DNA from: an uncultured bacterium
Lineage (GTDB): Bacteria; Patescibacteriota; Minisyncoccia; Phycocordibacterales; UBA9973
Assembly (NCBI GenBank): GCA_903825255.1
Contig: CAIJZZ010000060.1
Coordinates: 5,967 to 69,966, forward strand
DNA length: 64,000 bases
Direction: 5' to 3'
Shown: positions 59,837 to 64,000 of the stretch, piece by piece
Numbering within the stretch: the stretch's first letter is position 1
How the letters are laid out: each line of letters starts with the position of its first letter
The notes under the pieces: model-generated
What the model was told of the DNA's origin: nothing
The model's input: only the letters and a program-made list of their open reading frames with translations
Databases searched by the model: none
Made by a program: the position numbers and the translations under genes

Positions 59837-62212
59837 ATGGATAAGAGTAAAATTTTGAACAAAAAAGAATTAAGTCAAATTAAAAGTATTAGGAATCGGG
59901 AAGGGGAAGTTATTACTTTTAATTTAAATAAAATTATTTATGCAATATATAAAGCTTTTATTGCGACTGGTGAAGGTACTGAGAAAGAAGCAGAGAGCAT
60001 TGCTAAGAATATTTTTTATAAATTGATTCATTTAAAAGAAGAAAACAAAGGAAAAAAGTTTGTACCGAGTGTGGAAATGATTCAAGACTTGGTAGAAGCT
60101 GAGCTTATGGGTCTTAAGTTTTATCAAACAGCTAAATCTTATATCTTATATCGTTCCAATCGAGCTAAATTAAGACAAGAAGTAGGAGTAGTCCCTCCAG
60201 AAAGTAAAAAAATCTTCGATGAATCAAGTTCTTTTTTTGTTAGCTCTTACGAAGAATTTATTTTTTTCCGAACATACTCAAAATGGCAAGATAGTTTAGG
60301 TAGAAGAGAGACTTGGACAGAAACCATTGACCGTTTTATGGCTTACATGAAAGAAAATCTTGGTAAAAAATTATCTGATAAAGATTATGTATTACTCCGT
60401 GAATCAATTTTAAAACAAGAAGTTTGTCCTTCAATGCGTTTACTTTGGTCAGCCGGCGAAGCTTGTGAGAAATCAAATGTGTGGGCTTACAATTGTTCTT
60501 TTGTGGCACCTTCTTGCTGGCAAGATTTGGGAGAAATAATGTATATCTTGATGTGTGGAGCCGGATTAGGATTTTCAGTTGAATCAGAGACTGTACAAAA
60601 ATTTCCTCAAATAAAAAGACAAAATGGAAAAAAACTTTCTACACATACTGTTGAAGATAGTAAGGAAGGTTGGGCAGATGCTTTTGTGCTTGCTTGTAAA
60701 ACTTGGGCAGATGGTTATGATATTAATTTTGATTATAGTGAAGTTCGTCCAGCTGGTTCACGCTTAAAGACTGCTGGTGGTAGAGCTTCAGGACCTCAAC
60801 CATTAATCGATTTAATTAATTTTGCAAAAATTAAAATTTTAGCTCGACAAGCAAAACGTTTAACTAATATAGATCTACATGACATTATTTGTCAGATTGG
60901 TCTGATCGTCGTAGCTGGGGGTGTGCGTCGCAGTGCCCTCATTTCTCTTTCTGATATTGATGATGAATCAATGAGAAAATCAAAACAAGGTCAATTCTGG
61001 ATCGACAATGGTCAACGTTCTATGGCGAATAATTCAGCTGTCTATAATCAAAAACCTTCAGCTGGAGAATTTTTAAATGAATGGATTGAACTTATCAAAT
61101 CAGGTACAGGTGAACGTGGAATATTTAACCGTGGAGGTTTAATGACTCAATTGCCAAAACGTCGTATTGATAATTGGAAGAAAAATGGAATTATTGATGA
61201 TCAAAATGTAATTGTGGGTCTTCCTGGATCAAATCCTTGTGGAGAGATTACACTTCGTTCTAAACAATTTTGTAATTTGACTTCTATCGTAGTACGTCCC
61301 GATGACACTGTGGCTGATTTAAAAAAGAAAGTTAGAATTTCTACTATTTTAGGTACTTACCAAGCAACTCTAACTCATTTTAATTATCTCTCGAAAGAAT
61401 GGAAAGAAAATTGTGATGATGAAGCACTTCTCGGAGTTTCGATTACTGGTTATTATGACAATAAAACTATTCGAAATGATAAGGTTCTAAATGAATTACG
61501 CGAAGAAGCTATTAAAACAAACAAAGAATATGCTAAAAAGTTTGGTATTAATCATTCTACTTGTATCACTACAGTGAAGCCTCATGGTAACTCAGGTCAG
61601 CTTTTGTATGTCGGATCAGGAATGCATCCATGGTATGCAAAATATTTTATTAGGCGTGTCCGTATCGCTACCAATGATCCTCTTTTCCAAATGATGAAGG
61701 ATCAAGGAGTACCTTCAAAAGCGGAAGTCGGTTATTCTACTGCGAACTCAACTGTGGCAGTACTCGAATTTCCTATTAAAGCACCCGATGGCGCTATCAC
61801 TAAGGATGAAGTAACTGCTCTTGATTTATTACACGAATGGAAAAGATTAAAAATAAATTATATTGAACACAATCCCTCAGTTACTATTTATGTCGGACCA
61901 AATGAATGGATTGAAGTAGCAAATTTTGTCTATGAGAATTGGGATATCGTCGGTGGGTTGTCATTTTTACCTCGTTCAGAACATGTTTATCAATTAGCTC
62001 CATATGAAGAAATTTCGAAAGAGGAATACGAAAAAAGATCAAAAGAAATAAAGCACATTGATTTTTCTAAATTGATGTATTATGAACAAGAAGATAACAC
62101 TGTCGGAGCTAAGGAATTCGCTTGTGTTTCAGGAGTTTGTTCAATTGACGATATAATGGCCGAAGAAGCACAAAAAGAAAAGTTGAAAGATTCACCAGAC
62201 ACTGAAAATTAA
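59837..62212 (+). CDS. nrdJ: class II (adenosylcobalamin-dependent) ribonucleotide reductase with N-terminal ATP-cone
   Basis: ATP-cone IRNREGEVITFNLNKIIYAIYKAF. Active-site SNPCGEITL. C-terminal redox pair CVSGVC. No separate small subunit gene is adjacent. Confidence 0.8.
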   Translation: MDKSKILNKKELSQIKSIRNREGEVITFNLNKIIYAIYKAFIATGEGTEKEAESIAKNIFYKLIHLKEENKGKKFVPSVEMIQDLVEAELMGLKFYQTAKSYILYRSNRAKLRQEVGVVPPESKKIFDESSSFFVSSYEEFIFFRTYSKWQDSLGRRETWTETIDRFMAYMKENLGKKLSDKDYVLLRESILKQEVCPSMRLLWSAGEACEKSNVWAYNCSFVAPSCWQDLGEIMYILMCGAGLGFSVESETVQKFPQIKRQNGKKLSTHTVEDSKEGWADAFVLACKTWADGYDINFDYSEVRPAGSRLKTAGGRASGPQPLIDLINFAKIKILARQAKRLTNIDLHDIICQIGLIVVAGGVRRSALISLSDIDDESMRKSKQGQFWIDNGQRSMANNSAVYNQKPSAGEFLNEWIELIKSGTGERGIFNRGGLMTQLPKRRIDNWKKNGIIDDQNVIVGLPGSNPCGEITLRSKQFCNLTSIVVRPDDTVADLKKKVRISTILGTYQATLTHFNYLSKEWKENCDDEALLGVSITGYYDNKTIRNDKVLNELREEAIKTNKEYAKKFGINHSTCITTVKPHGNSGQLLYVGSGMHPWYAKYFIRRVRIATNDPLFQMMKDQGVPSKAEVGYSTANSTVAVLEFPIKAPDGAITKDEVTALDLLHEWKRLKINYIEHNPSVTIYVGPNEWIEVANFVYENWDIVGGLSFLPRSEHVYQLAPYEEISKEEYEKRSKEIKHIDFSKLMYYEQEDNTVGAKEFACVSGVCSIDDIMAEEAQKEKLKDSPDTEN

Positions 62213-62240
62213 AATTAATAAAAATAAAAAACAAAAATAT

Positions 62241-62289
62241 AAAATTTTCAAGCTGGTCTGGCTCCAGACCGAGGACCCGAGAAAATTTT
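62241..62289. repeat. 49-bp GC-rich palindromic mini-element, intergenic copy (reverse orientation relative to the trmD copy)
   Basis: Perfect terminal inverted repeat AAAATTTTC / GAAAATTTT. Core CTGGTCTGG-CT-CCAGACCGAGGACCC. 43/49 identical to the reverse complement of 30463-30511. Followed by a T-rich run. Confidence 0.8.
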
Positions 62290-62335
62290 ATATTTTTTTA
62301 ATTGCTTTTTTAATATTTTGTTTTATAATCAAATT

Positions 62336-62626
62336 AGCCTTATATTGGATAACTGCTCCGCTTACAGCGGGGAGGAAAGTCCGAACACACAGTCTTGACG
62401 TAAGTCTAGACAAACGTAGCGGGTAATGCCCGTCGGGAGCAATCCTAGAGTTGCGAACAGTGACGAACCGATTTAGTTCGGGTGAAACGGCAAAATACTT
62501 ACGCGTGTGCAAGATCGTGTCCTGATGTAAATCAGGAAGAATCGCTTGAGCCTGTGAGTAATTACAGGCCTAGATAAATAGTTGTCACCCTTCGGGGTAC
62601 AGAATTCGGCTTATAGATATAAGGCT
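62336..62626 (+). ncRNA. rnpB: RNase P RNA (bacterial type A, compact)
   Basis: P4 halves GGGGAGGAAAGTCCGAACAC and ACAGAATTCGGCTTAT. GCTTGAGCC...GGCCTAGATAAAT block. P1 pairing AGCCTTATAT (62336-45) with ATATAAGGCT (62617-26). ORF 62288..62512 (-) is therefore spurious. Confidence 0.93.
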
Positions 62627-62636
62627 AAAAAATGAA

Positions 62637-62669
62637 CCCTGTCGCTCGCGAGCGACGGGGTTTGTTTTT
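62637..62669 (+). terminator. intrinsic terminator of rnpB
   Basis: CCCTGTCGCTCG / CGAGCGACGGGG 12-bp GC-rich stem followed by TTTGTTTTT. Confidence 0.8.
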
Positions 62670-62747
62670 AGTATAAAAGGACTTGCTTTTTGGTTTAGCG
62701 AAACCATGCCGCGTAATCGTCCTTTAAACGCGGCTCAATAAAAAAAC

Positions 62748-62776
62748 TTGCTTTTTTTATTGCAATATGCTATACT
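62748..62776 (+). promoter_or_regulatory. sigma70-like promoter TTGCTT-17-TATACT
   Basis: TTGCTT at 62748-53, TATACT at 62771-76, 17-nt spacer. Confidence 0.4.
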
Positions 62777-62782
62777 CTAGGT

Positions 62783-62858
62783 GTGAGTGTGAGGTAATAC
62801 TTACATTTTTCATGAACAACATAAGTGCCCGAAAAACGCCGCAAGGCGTTTTTCGTTT
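62783..62858 (+). ncRNA. candidate ~75-nt small RNA or attenuator leader
   Basis: Lies between the promoter above and the hairpin CGAAAAACGCC-GCAA-GGCGTTTTTCG (62830-55) plus TTTG. The only ORF is a 23-codon reading frame with no SD. Confidence 0.25.
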
Positions 62859-62906
62859 GTGGAAAGAACAACTTGATAATTAGATTTTTAAAAATAAGGT
62901 GTTATA

Positions 62907-63863
62907 ATGCCCAGTATGAATATGGAAAAACACAATAATTTTGACAGTAATCCAATTTTTACTAAACCCGTTGAAAGTAACAATCTTGATGTAGATAAAA
63001 AAACATTGGAATCTGCCACTTTAAAAAGTGAAAATGTAGATAATATTAATCCAGAGCTTTTAAAAGCGGTAACAATTGAATTATTTGGAGAAAATGAGAA
63101 GCAAAAAATACAAATTGAAGATTATAAAAAAACATTATCAAGATTAGAAATAATTTTAAAAACTTTTTCACATGATTTAAGATCGCCAACTGGCAATTTA
63201 GCTACTTTTCTTGAAGTAATTTTAAAAGATTTAAAAGAAAAAGAGAAAGAAAAGAAGGGAATGACATCAGAAGAAACAGAAAAACTAACGCAAAACATCG
63301 AAATGACAAGTAAGGCAAGTAAAGATTTATATAATATGCTAGTTGATATGTTGTTTTGGGCTAAAGAAAAATCCGGAGGCAAGGAATTTGAAAAAAAGGA
63401 TTTAAAATTAAAAGAAGAAATAGAAAGGGCGACAGCTCCATTATTGGGAGTTATGAATAATAAAAATATCAAATTATCAATTGACGTAAATGATAATGTG
63501 AAGGTAAAAACAAGTTCTTGTATATTGCAAATAGCGATAAGAAATTTATTTTCGAATGCTATTAAATTTACCAAACGTGATGGCGAAATAAAAATCTTTT
63601 CTAAACTGGCTGATAATAAAATCAAAATATTTGTAACAGATAATGGGATAGGAATGACCGACAAGCAAAAAGAAAATATTTTTAAGGTTTATGATGAAAA
63701 AGTTACTAATATCATGCCTGGAACAGAAAATGAATCTGGCACCGGATTAGGATTCACTTTGTTTAAAGAAGATTTAGAAAAATTAGGCGGTACTCTCACT
63801 GTTAAAAGTGAGCTAGAAAAAGGTTCAACTTTTATCATAACTCTGCCAAAAGAAAAGGAATAA
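62907..63863 (+). CDS. cytoplasmic sensor histidine kinase (HisKA + HATPase_c), no TM or obvious sensor domain
   Basis: H-box FSHDLRSPTGNL, N-box RNLFSNAIKFT, G1 VTDNGIGM, G2 GTGLGF. No response regulator gene in the window. Confidence 0.85.
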   Translation: MPSMNMEKHNNFDSNPIFTKPVESNNLDVDKKTLESATLKSENVDNINPELLKAVTIELFGENEKQKIQIEDYKKTLSRLEIILKTFSHDLRSPTGNLATFLEVILKDLKEKEKEKKGMTSEETEKLTQNIEMTSKASKDLYNMLVDMLFWAKEKSGGKEFEKKDLKLKEEIERATAPLLGVMNNKNIKLSIDVNDNVKVKTSSCILQIAIRNLFSNAIKFTKRDGEIKIFSKLADNKIKIFVTDNGIGMTDKQKENIFKVYDEKVTNIMPGTENESGTGLGFTLFKEDLEKLGGTLTVKSELEKGSTFIITLPKEKE

Positions 63864-63891
63864 AAAAATCTCCCACAGGGGAGATTTTTTT
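63862..63891 (+). terminator. intrinsic terminator
   Basis: AAAAAAATCTCCC-ACAG-GGGAGATTTTTTT. Confidence 0.75.
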
Positions 63892-64000
63892 ACGTTTGTG
63901 GACTTGGGAACTCATTTCTGGAACCGATTTGCTACAGAGTGTGATTATCTAATGGTGATTATGCGAGAATATAATGCTGATAAAATAAAATAAAAAATAG

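Noticed and set aside
62288-62512. 74-aa ORF on the minus strand
   Set aside because: It lies entirely inside the RNase P RNA gene and the adjacent repeat element. It stays open only because of the local GC-rich RNA sequence.
62854-62863. CGTTTGTGGA occurs immediately after the terminator T-tracts on both sides of the histidine kinase gene (also at 63893-63902), as if a direct repeat flanked the gene
   Set aside because: A 10-mer pair is well within chance expectation for this window size. No other signs of mobility are present.

Overview
AT-rich (roughly one-third GC by eye), very gene-dense chromosomal segment. I call about 55 protein genes, one tRNA-Thr(UGU) and an RNase P RNA. There is no rRNA, CRISPR array, transposase or integrase. 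Content is almost entirely housekeeping: pheST, gyrB, thrS, rpmF, nusB, rnc, smc, rnr, rpsP, trmD, rpoB-rpoC-dnaG-rpoD, tsf-rpsB, proS, mreBC, tgt and a class II RNR. Several proteins are domain-minimised: PheS core only, ThrS without TGS, and a 748-aa SMC with no visible hinge. There is also a 1747-aa orphan ORF and several membrane-anchored thiol-disulfide proteins. My inference, not a proof, is a small-genome CPR/Patescibacteria-like bacterium using the standard genetic code, since ORFs stay intact with TGA read as stop. The most unusual signal is a set of short GC-rich elements bounded by inverted repeats, standing out against AT-rich DNA. They sit IN FRAME inside essential genes: two inverted copies in pheT, one in trmD, and a second family in tgt. 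A near-identical reverse-complement copy of the trmD element (43/49 nt) lies in an intergenic spacer. This resembles the in-frame Rickettsia palindromic elements. Other points worth a second look: a G11 tract in the spacer of a promoter for a surface-protein gene (candidate phase switch); a glutamine-synthetase-like amidoligase signature at the C-terminus of the giant ORF; a soluble VirD4/TraD-like ATPase translationally coupled to a CYTH enzyme; a NusB-Nudix fusion next to rnc; a polybasic N-terminus on RpoD; and two promoter-plus-terminator bounded candidate ncRNAs. All family calls come from motif recognition by eye. No database search was run.
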